Shown here one piece after another: positions 1-11,182 of a DNA stretch of 56,539 nt; the stretch's first letter is position 1, and every line of letters begins with the position of its first letter. Source of the DNA: Aplysia californica (lineage: Eukaryota); NCBI RefSeq assembly GCF_000002075.1, contig NW_004798003.1:3881-60419 (forward strand). Reading direction: 5' to 3'. Position numbers and translations under genes: made by a program. Below the pieces are notes generated by a model, which saw nothing but the letters and a program-made list of their open reading frames with translations, made no database searches and had not been told where the DNA came from.

Positions 1-3000
1 AGGGGGGGGGGTGATCAGAATCGTGGACATGAGCTGGTTTAGGTCGATCAATGGAGACATGCTCCTGACGTCCGTCAATATCCTACAAAAAGTTTTGTCA
101 GACTTGTCCAAAAACCTTGTGTGATCCAGCGTATGGATGTTGTCGATCGTCTCGACGAACAAACACAAAGTCTGATGTTTGCAGCGAAGACGGGACATTT
201 GAAAACGGCCGACGATGTCGAGGCGTTGGTTTTGGAGCTAATTTCTGAACACGTGCCCGGAGTGTATCGAGAGCGTGTGTCGAAGCCTTTGCTGCTTCTG
301 AAAAAGGGAGAAATTCCTCTGGCACAGTGAGGGGCCCTCCATAGACGAGCTCTGCCAATGAAGCTTGACTGTCTTCCTTGGGAACTGTGCGGAGCCCCAA
401 AAGTGCACAAGGCTGACGTGAACTACGGGCCTCTATCAGGCATGACATCTTGAGGGACACCAAAACGTGCTATCTATCCGTTGATGAGGGCGTGGACGCA
501 GTCTGCTGTTGTAGTGGTCTGGAGTGAGATGGCTTCTGGCCAACGTGTTGTCCTATCGATGATCGTGAAGAGGTGCGTGTAACCGTTTGATGGGGGTAGT
601 TGTCCAACCAGATCTAAATGGATGTGCGAAAATCTTTTCTTTTTGGAACAGGAAATGTTTCAAGAGGTGCTTTGGAGTGATTTTGTACTTTGGAGGATTG
701 ACAGACGAGGCACTCTTGGGCCCATTTGCCAACCTGTTTGTGTAGACATTGCCAAACAAACTTTTGAGAGATGAGTTTAACCGTTGCTTTTCTTCCTGGG
801 TGCGAGAGGTTGTGCATGGCATCAAAAACTTGCCTCTGAAACTGTGGGGGCACTATGGGTCTTGTATGTCCAGTAGAGATATCACAAAGTAGTTCAGGAC
901 CTCCTGGTTCTGTAGGTACAAACGCCACACGTAAGCTCGTTGCGTTGAGGCCGTCGGTAGTACCTGTATGCTTTCACTGTCCTGGGCCGTAGCCATGGCC
1001 TTGTAGTCCAAATTGAGTGTGACCTGAAGAATGGACCGAGACACGAAGTGTGCAACAACGTTGGATTTACCTGAGATGTGCTGCACGTTGGTGGTAAATT
1101 CATAAATGTATGCGAGCTGACGTTGTTGGCGTGCTGACCACGGCTCAGAAATCTTGGACATAGCAGCCGTCAAGGGCTTGTGGTTGGTGAAAGCCGTAAG
1201 GCATCCACCTTCTAGCAAGAAACGAAAATGTCTGACAGCCAAGCAGAGGCCGAGTAGTTCGCGGTCAAAAGCACTGTACTTCTATTCTTTTCGTTTGGAC
1301 GAAGACGTCGGCTGAAGAACGCCAAAGGTTGCCAGGATCCATTGGTGTACTGCTCTAACACAGCTCCTACTGCTTGGTCAGAGGCGTCGGTAGTCAATGC
1401 AATTTCGGCATCGGCCTGGGGGTGAGAGAGCATGGCAGCTGTTGCAAGTTCTCTCTTGCTTTTCTGGAAGGCGTTGGACATTTCTTGAGACCAAGAGAGT
1501 GACGATTGCTTACTTCCTGCTTTCAAAGCATCATACAGTGGGGTCATAATCTTTACCGCGCTTGGGATGAAGCGATTGTAAAAATTGATTATGCTCAAGT
1601 ATTGTTGGAGGCTTGTGACCGTGTTGGGTTGCGGGAAGTCTTCTATGGTCCTGACCTTGTCAGGAAGAGTGGTTGATCCTGAGGCTGTGACACGGTGACC
1701 AAGGAAATCGATCTCACGTACCCCAAAGAGACATTTCTCTAACTTCACCACCAGACCTGCATATCTCAGTCTCTGACAGACCGCTCGGGGATCGTCCAAG
1801 TGTTGTCTTTGGGAGAACTTGCGACCAGTATATCGTCCAAGTACACAAACGTGCAAGTGAGATCTTGTGGGACCGAATCAATAAGCCGTTGAAATGCTTG
1901 TGCCGCATTTTAAAAAAATTCCAAATGGCATCCTAAGAAACTCGTTCAGACAAGAAGGGGTTATGACAGCCGTTATCGGGATGTCCCCATGAGCAACGGG
2001 GATCTGATGGTATCCCCGAACCAGGTCGATCTTTGAGAAAATAGTTTTGCCTGCTAGGTGAGCTAGAAAATCCAATATGTACCGGATTGGGTAATGATCA
2101 GGCGCTGTGCGGTCGTTGAGCCTGCGATAATCACCACAAGGACGCCAATCTCCGTTGCTCTTTGGAACCATATGAAGGGGCGAGGCCCTTGGGCTGCTGG
2201 ACCTAGGGCTGATACCCATCTCTTCCATTTTTGCAAATTCTGTTTTCGCAATGTGTAACTTGTGAGGCGGCAGGCAGGGTGCTCTGGCGTGGAGTGGGGG
2301 CCCTGTAGTGTGTATATGGTGCAATACTCCGTGTTTACGATTATTATTGTTTATATTGCTGCTCATTTATATTATGCATGTGATTGTAAGCCTACTTTTG
2401 TNNNNNNNNNNNNNNNNNNNNNNNNNNNNNNNNNNNNNNNNNNNNNNNNNNNNNNNNNNNNNNNNNNNNNNNNNNNNNNNNNNNNNNNNNNNNNNNNNNN
2501 NNNNNNNNNNNNNNNNNNNNNNNNNNNNNNNNNCAAACCAATGTGCCAGGATCTGGACAATAAAGATGTATCTTATCTTATCTTATCTTTCACCTCTGAT
2601 GCAGAGAAGGTGGGTTGTAAGATTTCTGGAAACTCCGAAAGGACTTTTCGGAATTAATTACACTGAGGATCAACGAGGGCTAGCTGTGCACAAGAAATGT
2701 TGCTAATTGTACATTGATATGTGTCTAGGGTCTCTGCTTCAATCAGCTGTTACTGTTGGCCTCTGATGTCCACCAAAAGGTTGTGTTGGCGAAGGAAATC
2801 CGCGCCTGAAAGGGCAAATTTGACGTCCGCGACGACGAGTCTTACGGGTAAACACCTGCTGTGGAGTTTGATGGATATATTGCGCACACCATAGGTGGGA
2901 AAGTTGGTGCCGTTGGCTTCTATTAGCGGTGGTCCTGAGGTACCTTGTCTTTTCTCTTGCCATGTTGCTGGAGTGACTGAAACCTGTGCCCCAGCATCGA

Positions 3001-3064
3001 TAAGAAAGCGTCGCCCTGAATCCCCGTCTGTTATAACAAGCTGAGTCTCGGTTCTGTGGGCCAA
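1..3064 (-). pseudogene. Gypsy pol (PR, RT, RNase H, integrase), frameshifted
   Basis: ORF fragments 2750-3064, 1878-2366, 1212-1856, 853-1242, 614-928 and 98-463 carry consecutive pol motifs in different frames. Confidence 0.9.
2337..2590 (+). mobile_element. Short retroposon 3' end with AATAAA and (ATCTT)n tail, inserted in Gypsy pol (spans an N gap)
   Basis: Near-identical second copy at about 16338-16497. Removing it restores the Gypsy reading ..[11 protein letters not shown].. Confidence 0.75.
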
Positions 3065-3126
3065 CAGAAGCGCAACCGGCTACTGCTGACTCAGCTTGGT
3101 GTTTCCCTGGTTCTGTGAGTACATCT

Positions 3127-4036
3127 TTATGAAAGCGCAAGGCGGATTACATTTCTTTGCCTTCTTGCCGATTTTGATGTGATATCGGGACAAGGGAGGT
3201 GTGTGGTCTCAGGTTGGTTTCTCTTTGAGTTACAACACTTGTGATGGGGAGTTAAGAGACAGAAAGATTTTGTCGGCTTCTTGTGCCTGAGTGCGGCAGT
3301 CAAGATCTCGTGTGCTGCAAGGGGCGTCCTTATCTGTTCTGGAAGCTGTTTCAAAAACAGATGTTTAAAAAGAATACAAGGTTCGTGTGCGCCGAGTTGG
3401 GCCAGCATGGAGTCCATTAGCTCACTAGGTTTTCTGTCTCCCAAACCAGTGGAGTTGAACAGCGCTGCTGCTCTTTCCGTATTTGAAAGGCCGTAAGCGG
3501 ACAAGAGAAAACGTTTTATAGACTCGTATTTGTTTGTTATCAGGAAACGACAAATGCAGTTTTTGGGACACCTGAATAGACATAAGGGTCTTGAACATCT
3601 AGCTCTCACTGGCAAACTTGAAGGCAAGCGAGGCAGGGGTAGGCCCAGAACAACATACTTAGGGAACCTAAACAAATGGGTAACAGGGAAAGATCAGGGA
3701 AACGTAGCTTTTCTGAGAGCATCCGAGCAAAGGAATGAATGGAAAATCATGATCGCCGATGTCTGTCGCAGATCTGGCATTGGATGATGATGATTTGTTT
3801 GTTGTTGGGGGGTTCGTAATGATTGACAGCGCCCTAGTGGCTGTGTCGTTGTCCAAGGCGGCAACGACATGGAAGTACTTAATGTCATCTTGGTTGATTC
3901 CTCGGAGAGCGAATTGTGCTTCCGTTTGAGCAAACAAGGCCTCAGGGCCTGATGTCCAAAACGTTGGAAGTTTAATCGCAACAGCACTTACTTGGAAAAT
4001 GGCCATTGTCGTTGTAGCTACACCGGTATAATCCAA
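3127..4036 (-). pseudogene. Gypsy gag, split by an RTE insertion
   Basis: ORFs 3668-4036 and 3127-3675 join in frame (..ITNPPTTNKYESIKRFLLSAYGLS..) once the insert 3539-3792 and one TSD copy are removed. Confidence 0.85.
3539..3792 (+). mobile_element. 5'-truncated RTE-clade LINE 3' end inserted in gag
   Basis: Reads IRKRQMQFLGHLNR..LTGKLEGKRGRGRPRTTY, has a (GAT)n tail and an exact 11-bp TSD ATTTGTTTGTT at 3528-3538 and 3793-3803. Confidence 0.9.
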
Positions 4037-4078
4037 AGAATTTCACCAAATTTCACGGAGTCGCTGGTTCGAGCCGCT

Positions 4079-4092
4079 CGTCGGGGTCACCA
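4079..4092 (-). promoter_or_regulatory. Primer-binding site complementary to the tRNA-Trp 3' end
   Basis: Minus strand TGGTGACCCCGACG, 1 nt after the LTR-terminal CA. The plus strand CGTCGGGGTCACCA matches the 3' end of animal tRNA-Trp(CCA). Confidence 0.85.
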
Positions 4093-4093
4093 A

Positions 4094-4282
4094 TGTAGGA
4101 GGGGCACACTCCTTACCTTGTGTCCTGTCCTGTGAGTAGCTGTCGACTTGAATGACCGACGAGTTGGACGGCTGGTTAGCTCCTCATGAGTCCCGCTCAG
4201 CTCCCCGGTCAGTCATGAGTTGTCTTGTCGGTGTGAGGTCATCGTTTACATGTAGGTCCGTGGCCGCTACACATAGCCTACA
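4094..4282 (-). repeat. 5' LTR of the Gypsy element (~180-190 bp; outer end at 4271 or 4282)
   Basis: Inverted termini TGTAG(G)...(C)CTACA directly beside the PBS. The second LTR is not in the window, so the outer end is uncertain. Confidence 0.65.
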
Positions 4283-5615
4283 TACATACATGCACATAAT
4301 AATAAATATATGTAGTTCTTCATTTACCAAAAAAATGACAGAGTAAATCATTCAAGCAAAATATTGCTTACACTCTTTCTTACTAATAAGGAAAAAATTG
4401 AGACTCATGTCCATGTTAAATAAGCGCCTCATTACAAATAAAACACATTACAGCGGAATTCTAATAAAGTGAACACATCGGGAGCACAGAAAACGTGTAA
4501 TAAGAGGTGGGTCAAAAAGTGTTGATAAAATTAAACAAACATTATAAAAAGATGAGAACTAATTTTTAAAAATCTGAAACCGAACACGCAGACTTTGTAC
4601 ATACAATATGTCTGCATACAATATAGAGGCCTATTCAAAATCCGATGCAATGGATGATGAAAGCATATTATAATTTGGCTCCAGCTTCTGTGTTATGTCA
4701 TCACCCCTGATTTATTTGCAGGCCAATGCCTATAGCGTCTGTTCTTTCTTTTTTTAAAATAGTTTTTTTATTGAACAGAAAAGAAAAGCGAATAGCCGGT
4801 TCTTCGAAATTTAAACAAAGCCCAGCAGAGCTAGATCTATTGTCATTTTGAAAGGGTGATCATTTCCAGTGTCAAGTATCAAGTTTTTATTGACATTTCT
4901 ATTAAAGCTGTCACCCCCCTCTACTCGCAGTAAAAAAAAAAGAATTAAAAAACAAAACAACCCCCCCCCCCCCCCCAGTAAAACAGATGAAGAAACACAG
5001 GAGCAACGTGGGACACTACCGGTTCTCTTTGACGACACATATCAGTTTTGTAACTCGATCGAAGGGGAAAATCAAAAGAAAACAGGCAAGAACGAGAGTG
5101 GTACACGATCAGTCCGTGTTTTGTTCTTGATGCATCCAGATAATTTTTTACAGGCATAGGCTACATTATGTATTAGTACACGTACCATAGAATTCTATTA
5201 AAAGAAAAAAATGTTTTTAAAAGTGTCCATCAGTTAGTTGTTGTTGTTGTTTTTTTTTTTTTTTGGGGGGGGGGTTTGGTTTTCTTTTTTGGGGTTTTTT
5301 TTTCGGTTTTCTTTTTTTTTTAAAGCTTAAAAACAGTACTTTCTCACCCGGCCACTGAATTCTACTCTGAATGTAGAATTATAATGTGCACCCGGCAGAC
5401 GAATTACTAGGATTGATTCGTTATGGCTTTCATTTTCACATAGGAAGTGTGTTTTCTACTTGTCTTTAAAAATATGGATCGCTCGCTTCGTATTTCGTAA
5501 ATTTCAGCTTGACTAAGGAAAACAAAGTAGCAGTAGCTCTGCCAGTATCTGAATTCAGCACCTTCTAGTGGAGACGAATTGTTTGCGTTACTCGTAGAGT
5601 ATTTAAGCTGTAATT

Positions 5616-5766
5616 ATGTCAAAGAAAATGGAAACAGATCAAATTGACAAAGAAGCAGTACAAAAGCCAGACAAAATGTTCACTCTAAAGAAATGGAACT
5701 TGGTCGCAATGTGGAGCTGGGACGTAGAATGTGACACCTGCGCTATTTGTCGAGTTCAAGTGATGG
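5616..5766 (+). CDS. RNF7: RNF7 coding exon 1
   Basis: ATG at 5616, KKWNLVAMWSWDVECDTCAICRVQVM, donor GTGAGT at 5767. Confidence 0.93.
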
Positions 5767-8700
5767 GTGAGTCAGCTTTCTTTAAATAAAAATAATAAAT
5801 AATGGGAACTGTTGCTATAATAGTAGATGCCAACCAAGATCCGGATGTAAATCGAGAGTCTAGATCTATTACAAAAGTTTTGACTTTGGTATGTTTGGTG
5901 GGCTAGTTTGTAGTTGTAGTCCTTCAGACAGTTCACTAGATCTAGATCTAGATCTAGTTGATCATCGGCATGATGAATCGACAACTTGACATAAATTGGC
6001 ACTTTTTCGGTAGTTCCCACCCCCCTTATTTGGGCCTAGATCTAGATCTAGATCCATAACGTTTGATGCGCGACAAGCGTGTTTGTTTATTTGTATTAAT
6101 TCGTGTTATCTTTTTTATAAACAGTCACAGCAATTCTCGTTCCTTAAGTTTACCTTATTCAAATTTGTACACACNNNNNNNNNNNNNNNNNNNNNNNNNN
6201 NNNNNNNNNNNNNNNNNNNNNNNNNNNNNNNNNNNNNNNNNNNNNNNNNNNNNNNNNNNNNNNNNNNNNNNNNNNNNNNNNNNNNNNNNNNNNNNNNNNN
6301 NNNGATGAAAACTAGTGACATGGTCCATTGCCATGCGGTAAGTGGCAAAGCGGGCCCGCTACGGTGAGATCTAGTCAACTGGCGAGGGAAGCCCCGGTTG
6401 ATAACAAAAATAGATGGCGGAAATACGTCATCTATATTTGAGCCAATCACAGAGGTACAGTGCTAGGTGCCAGCTGTAGCTTCATGTAGGCCAGCTCTAT
6501 TCAGACTCGAGTTCGATTAGATTTTTTAGCTGTTTGGACTCGAATCTGAACGGTCGGTTCTATCTATTCAGACTCTGCTGACATTAAAGATCCCTTGGTG
6601 GGCCTAAAACCGATACAGGAGTAGGCTTGGGCAGCTACCCGGGCGAAATTAAAAATATATTCCTTCCAGTCTGAAAATGCTTTGAAATTTAATGTGTCCC
6701 ACGATCCCATGGGCTTATATTATATGACCTTTATGCATTTGTGAGCACTGTAAAACACTTCTCCCCAAAAACAACCCCAAATCTTCATTTTGTCTTTCCG
6801 CTCCATTTCCAATTGCAAGTGATTGCTATGAGAGCTAGGTTTGAGGCTGACTTATAATGAAAATGACTAACCATGGCCACCTTTGACGGGCTAATAAAGG
6901 CATAGCAGAAAAAAATGCAAGGGTGGTACTGGTGGTACGGACCTTTGGTCGCTATGGAGAGTTGACTGCTACAATGCTATATATTACGTGCAGGGGTTTG
7001 ACTGTTTGATTTCAAGTTGTGGGTTTAATCATGTAGATACTTTCATGACTAACATAATGATTTTATGACATATATTACCTTGAATATGATGTTTTTGTGA
7101 GTTTTTTATTTTAATTTTTTTGTGTATAGTAAGCGCATTAAATGTATATTTGTACAGAAAAAGTGTATGTTTTGTTAATGTCATTTTTATTATCAGATGC
7201 TTGCTTGAGATGTCAGTCGGAAAACAAGCAGGATGATTGTGTTGGTAAGTGCTTTGTTCAATAATTTTCATCCTTTGCTGTTGAAAAGGATCGGGTTATT
7301 CATTAAGTATTTATATAGGCTTTCACATCTGATTTATATTTTTAATAAAGCAGCTTATATTTTATCTCATTAAGACTTGGGGACACCTAAGTTTCAGTGA
7401 CAGGAAAGGTAGTATACATTTTTTTTCATCAAAATTCAAGCAAGGCAAATAAAATGAACAGACTTTAAGATCAGTAACCTCGTATGCCCCCAAATTGACA
7501 AGCACCTGATTCCACCACTTCAGGACACAAATAAACATGTGGCATGTATAAAATAAAATTGATCTTTTTAAAAAAAAAATTGGCAACATCTGTATGTATA
7601 GTACTGGGTGTGATGTAAGGGAAGAAAGTGAGCTCTGTTCAATTATGTCTATATATGTTCGTCTTGCTTTGTCTTTACCAAACATTCTGCAAGGATTCAT
7701 GACCACATGTAGCGCACATTTGTTTCTCTTTTAAAACGTTACTTTCTTGATCTTTACTGAACCTGCTCTAATGGCCACCTGTCCAAGACAATAAACTGGA
7801 CAAACACCCACTTCCCACTTTCTAAAATCAGTCATCTTCTTCACTATCATCTGTAAGTGGGCAACCCAGTTTCTAGTGCGAAGGCTGCTGTTCAACGCAG
7901 GTCCTCCAGGCTCCCTTACTTAGAGTGTTAGGTCTGTCTGCCTTGGGTTCGGCCAATATTTCCTTTCAAGTGTCTTGAGCATTGGGCGAGCTTAGTGCTT
8001 TAGTTTTAGTAAGGTTTTACAGCGCTCACAACTACATAAGGTCATATGAGTGCCAAGGGGTGGATGTCACTAGAGAAGTCCAAATGGGGAATCAGGCTTA
8101 CTCTGCTCACCTTTCTAGCAGCAACAGCACAAAGTCTGCCTCGACTACCAAGGCACCCTGGAAATAACAGTTCACAAGAGAGTGATCAACATACAAAAGA
8201 GGTAGAGGAAAAATGATGAATCAGCAGTTCCCCCTATGTTGTTCCGGCACAGTACAATCATGACATTGATATATCAGTCCGTTAACAATTCTACTGTGTA
8301 TAAGAACGTGTTAATATTCCCCCCTTTGGGAAATTGGGCGAGCTTGTAGCAGATGTTTTCCTGTTTGGCTGCTAGTCCCACACTGACACTGCTCTGAGCT
8401 GCCATTAAATCTGAATTATAATGACACTGTCCAAGATGTCCACCTGTCTAATGTGGTGATTAACCTACCGTCAGCCTGGGCTACTTAGGCCACTCGGGGT
8501 AACTTAGGCGACTTACAGAGAACGGTCCTTACTAAGGAACAGAAAAACGTGCAGCCATTGTGTTCAGCAGGCTAACTACGAGCTAGATTTATTCGGGTAG
8601 ATGTCTAATACAATGCTAGGCTGGCTAAAAAACCACGTTATACCACATCTAAGACTCCTCAACAATCTGTCTGAGTAATGAGGAAGAGGCGAGAGTGTTC

Positions 8701-8884
8701 CTCGTATTATTTTCTGTTTGAGAATTGCACATAAATAAAACATTGTTGTTGATTTCTGCCCACAGTGGTGTGGGGCGAGTGCAACCATTCCTTCCACAAC
8801 TGCTGCATGTCCCTCTGGGTGAAACAGAACAACCGCTGCCCGCTATGCCAGCAAGAGTGGGTGGTGCAGAGGACGGGCAAGTGA
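5616..8884 (+). CDS. RNF7: RING-box protein 2 (RNF7/RBX2/SAG), join(5616..5766,7197..7244,8766..8884), 105 aa
   Basis: Spliced product MSKKMETDQIDKEAVQKPDKMFTLKKWNLVAMWSWDVECDTCAICRVQVMDACLRCQSENKQDDCVVVWGECNHSFHNCCMSLWVKQNNRCPLCQQEWVVQRTGK has the RBX2-type RING-H2. GT-AG introns, phases 1/1. Confidence 0.97.
6584..6760 (+). mobile_element. Deu/Nin-like SINE 3' fragment in RNF7 intron 1
   Basis: taaagatcccttggt..gagtaggctt..acccgggc..tatgaccttt..gtaaaac. Confidence 0.7.
7197..7244 (+). CDS. RNF7: RNF7 exon 2 (48 nt)
   Basis: Acceptor tttttattatcag, (D)ACLRCQSENKQDDCV, donor GTAAGT. Confidence 0.95.
8766..8884 (+). CDS. RNF7: RNF7 coding exon 3
   Basis: Acceptor cccacag, VVWGECNHSFHNCCMSLWVKQNNRCPLCQQEW..GK, TGA at 8882-8884. 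Confidence 0.96.
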
Positions 8885-11002
8885 TCTCCTCCCGCCAGAG
8901 CTCAAAGGTGACAGGTCGTGGGGGGTCAAGGGTCAATGTCCTCTCTCGTGGATGAGCCCATGGTCCACTGGCTCCTGGCTGGCTGCAACGTGGTGGGCCA
9001 AGCTTCAATGGCAACGTCTCAGCTGTTGATATGAGTTTGATCTTGTCAGTGTAATATATGTGTGTACGCTGTGTGTTTGATGTGTGTACTGTGGGAGCTT
9101 TTAATGTTTGTGAAGATATTTGTTGTTTAGCTCGCTGAATCCTAGGCCCTGCGAGGCAGGCGGCAGACTATTCACTGACATCTGGGAGAAAATGGTGTTT
9201 TTCATAAATTAAAAGAAAACTTTCTTATTTATGTCTGTAATTGGCTCATATTTTGATTTAATATTAGAAATAGGATAGTCTCAAAACAAATTGATGAGAG
9301 GTGCACATCTGTCATTATTTTGTGTGTATTGAAGTTGAAAAAAGTAAGGAAAACTGAATGAGAAAATATCCTGTGTTGTTTAGCAAAATTCAGCAGAACT
9401 GAGCTTCCCACAAGAGACTGCAGCTTAAACTTCAAAGAAAATCTATGTTTTGCACCTAAAGTTTTTGTCGTGTAACTTAAAGGAACAAAAGTGGAATAGA
9501 ACAGCTAACTAATGGTATCTACTTATATTATCACATATTTGCAATAGGATTGGAGGAAGAAAAATTACTAAGTTGAAATTGCACATGTATTATGAAAGGA
9601 GTTGGCTGTTTATAGGAAAATACCTCTTGTGTGTGCATTAATGCTAATAGATTCAGTGAGTTAATATGAATGGGAAAAGGAAAACTGTTTTGAAGCCTTG
9701 TAATTATCTGTGCGAGTGAGAGAGTGTGTCTGCGACTAAGTGTGATGGAATAGATTCCTCAAGTCTTGCAATTATTGCAAGTGACAGTGCTTTTTAAAAA
9801 TCTTTTAAAAGCCTTGCTGATCGATTTTGAGATGTATGAAATTGCTAGAAAAACAGTTTCCAATTGTTAATGAGGATTGAATGCAATGCCCTGTTTTGTT
9901 AAAACATTTAGTTGTCCTCAGGTTAGACGTAATGAAATGCAGTTTTATACATTCGTCATTTTGAAGAAAATAGACCTGCAGGAACTAGTTTGCATTTCAA
10001 ATATTGTATCTTTGTATCTGAGCATATGTGCCAGTCTTTCAGTTTGGGACTCTTTGTAAATAATTGAATGACAGTACTGTCTTAAATATCATTGTTTTTT
10101 AGTTGAATTTGTCTTAAATTATCAAGGGTTTTCAGGTGTGTTGTTTTTGTACTGTAAGGTACTCTTCATTTTGTCATCAATGAGCTTGCTGCCAACTGGT
10201 AAAGAAACTGAACTAGATTTCTAGACACTATTTGTTTCCTCTCTTGTTTAAGATTCTTTATTTTTGATACAGCTGCTTTGCCTTTTTTTTGTCTTTTTTT
10301 TTTTTTAGGTGCCAATCCACTCCTATGTCCGTTAGAGTTCTGGTGACTGCCTGTGATGTGTGAGCCTTTGAAAATACAAAATTAATTAATTTAAGAATGA
10401 AAGATGATAGTTTTTGAAGTGTGTTTAGAAGTATTGTGCTTGGTGAGTTTTGATAGGAAGTTGTTGAAGGCGGTTCATGGTTTTTGTTCTCTTCCGAGCA
10501 AGATGCCATGTCCTGTTGAGGCTCTTTTTCATCAGTCTGACTAAAGGCACCCATATCCTAAATAAATGTGTATAAAACTAATACAGATATAATGTACATT
10601 TTCCCTTATGGCCACCTTTTTCTCTCAAGGTGTTTTATTTATTTTTCATAAGAATTTTACTGCACTTGCAACGCATGTGGGTCATGAATGTTGAAGGTTA
10701 GAGTTCTTACTAAAGAATAACATACAGGTAAAGAAGGAGAAAAGAGGATGATAGGTGTTTAACTGCAAAGAAGGAGAAACCTCACCAGAGCAACCACCAA
10801 CCACCCACTCTCAAGGCTATTGCGGTTCAAGACCAACCTCCTTGACACATTTGTTGACACTACAGACATTAGTTTATTATGGACAAGATAGAGGCAGGTG
10901 GAAATCAAATCTTTTTCTGTTGACTTGGGATAGAATTGGGATAAGAGAGTCACTTCGTTATAGTTATACATGTAATAATAATTGTTATTTGGAAGCACAT
11001 AT

Positions 11003-11182
11003 CTGTCCCTGCGGTTTTATGCCCAAAAAATTCTAAAATTATGCTAACTGAGCCCAAAAATGTGAAATTTGGCGATTCTGTTAATTTTAACAAAGAATGA
11101 TCAAAGGGAAAAAAATTGAAATTATGCAAAAAATGATCAAATTTTGCTCAAATATGCGGGGTGCATAAAACCACGGGGACAG
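11003..11182 (+). mobile_element. MITE with CTGTCCC..GGGACAG termini and 6-bp TSD
   Basis: TIR CTGTCCC(T/C)G(C/T)GGTTTTATGC. TSD ACATAT at 10997-11002 and 11183-11188. Confidence 0.8.

Larger units (their letters stand above)
1..4282 (-). mobile_element. Degenerate Ty3/Gypsy LTR retrotransposon (gag-PR-RT-RH-IN); 3' end lies beyond the window start
   Basis: Minus-strand fragments in Gypsy order: gag (AIKLPTFW...FAQTEAQF, GLGDRKPSELM), protease (RRFLIDAGAQVSV), RT ([40 protein letters not shown]), RNase H (LTTDASDQAVGAVL, PLAFFSR), integrase (HNLSHPG..C..C; VSIDRPKPAH near 25-60). Many frameshifts and stops. Confidence 0.95.

Noticed and set aside
121-330. Plus-strand ORFs over the Gypsy element (121-330, 3281-3496)
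   Set aside because: Antisense shadows of integrase and gag.
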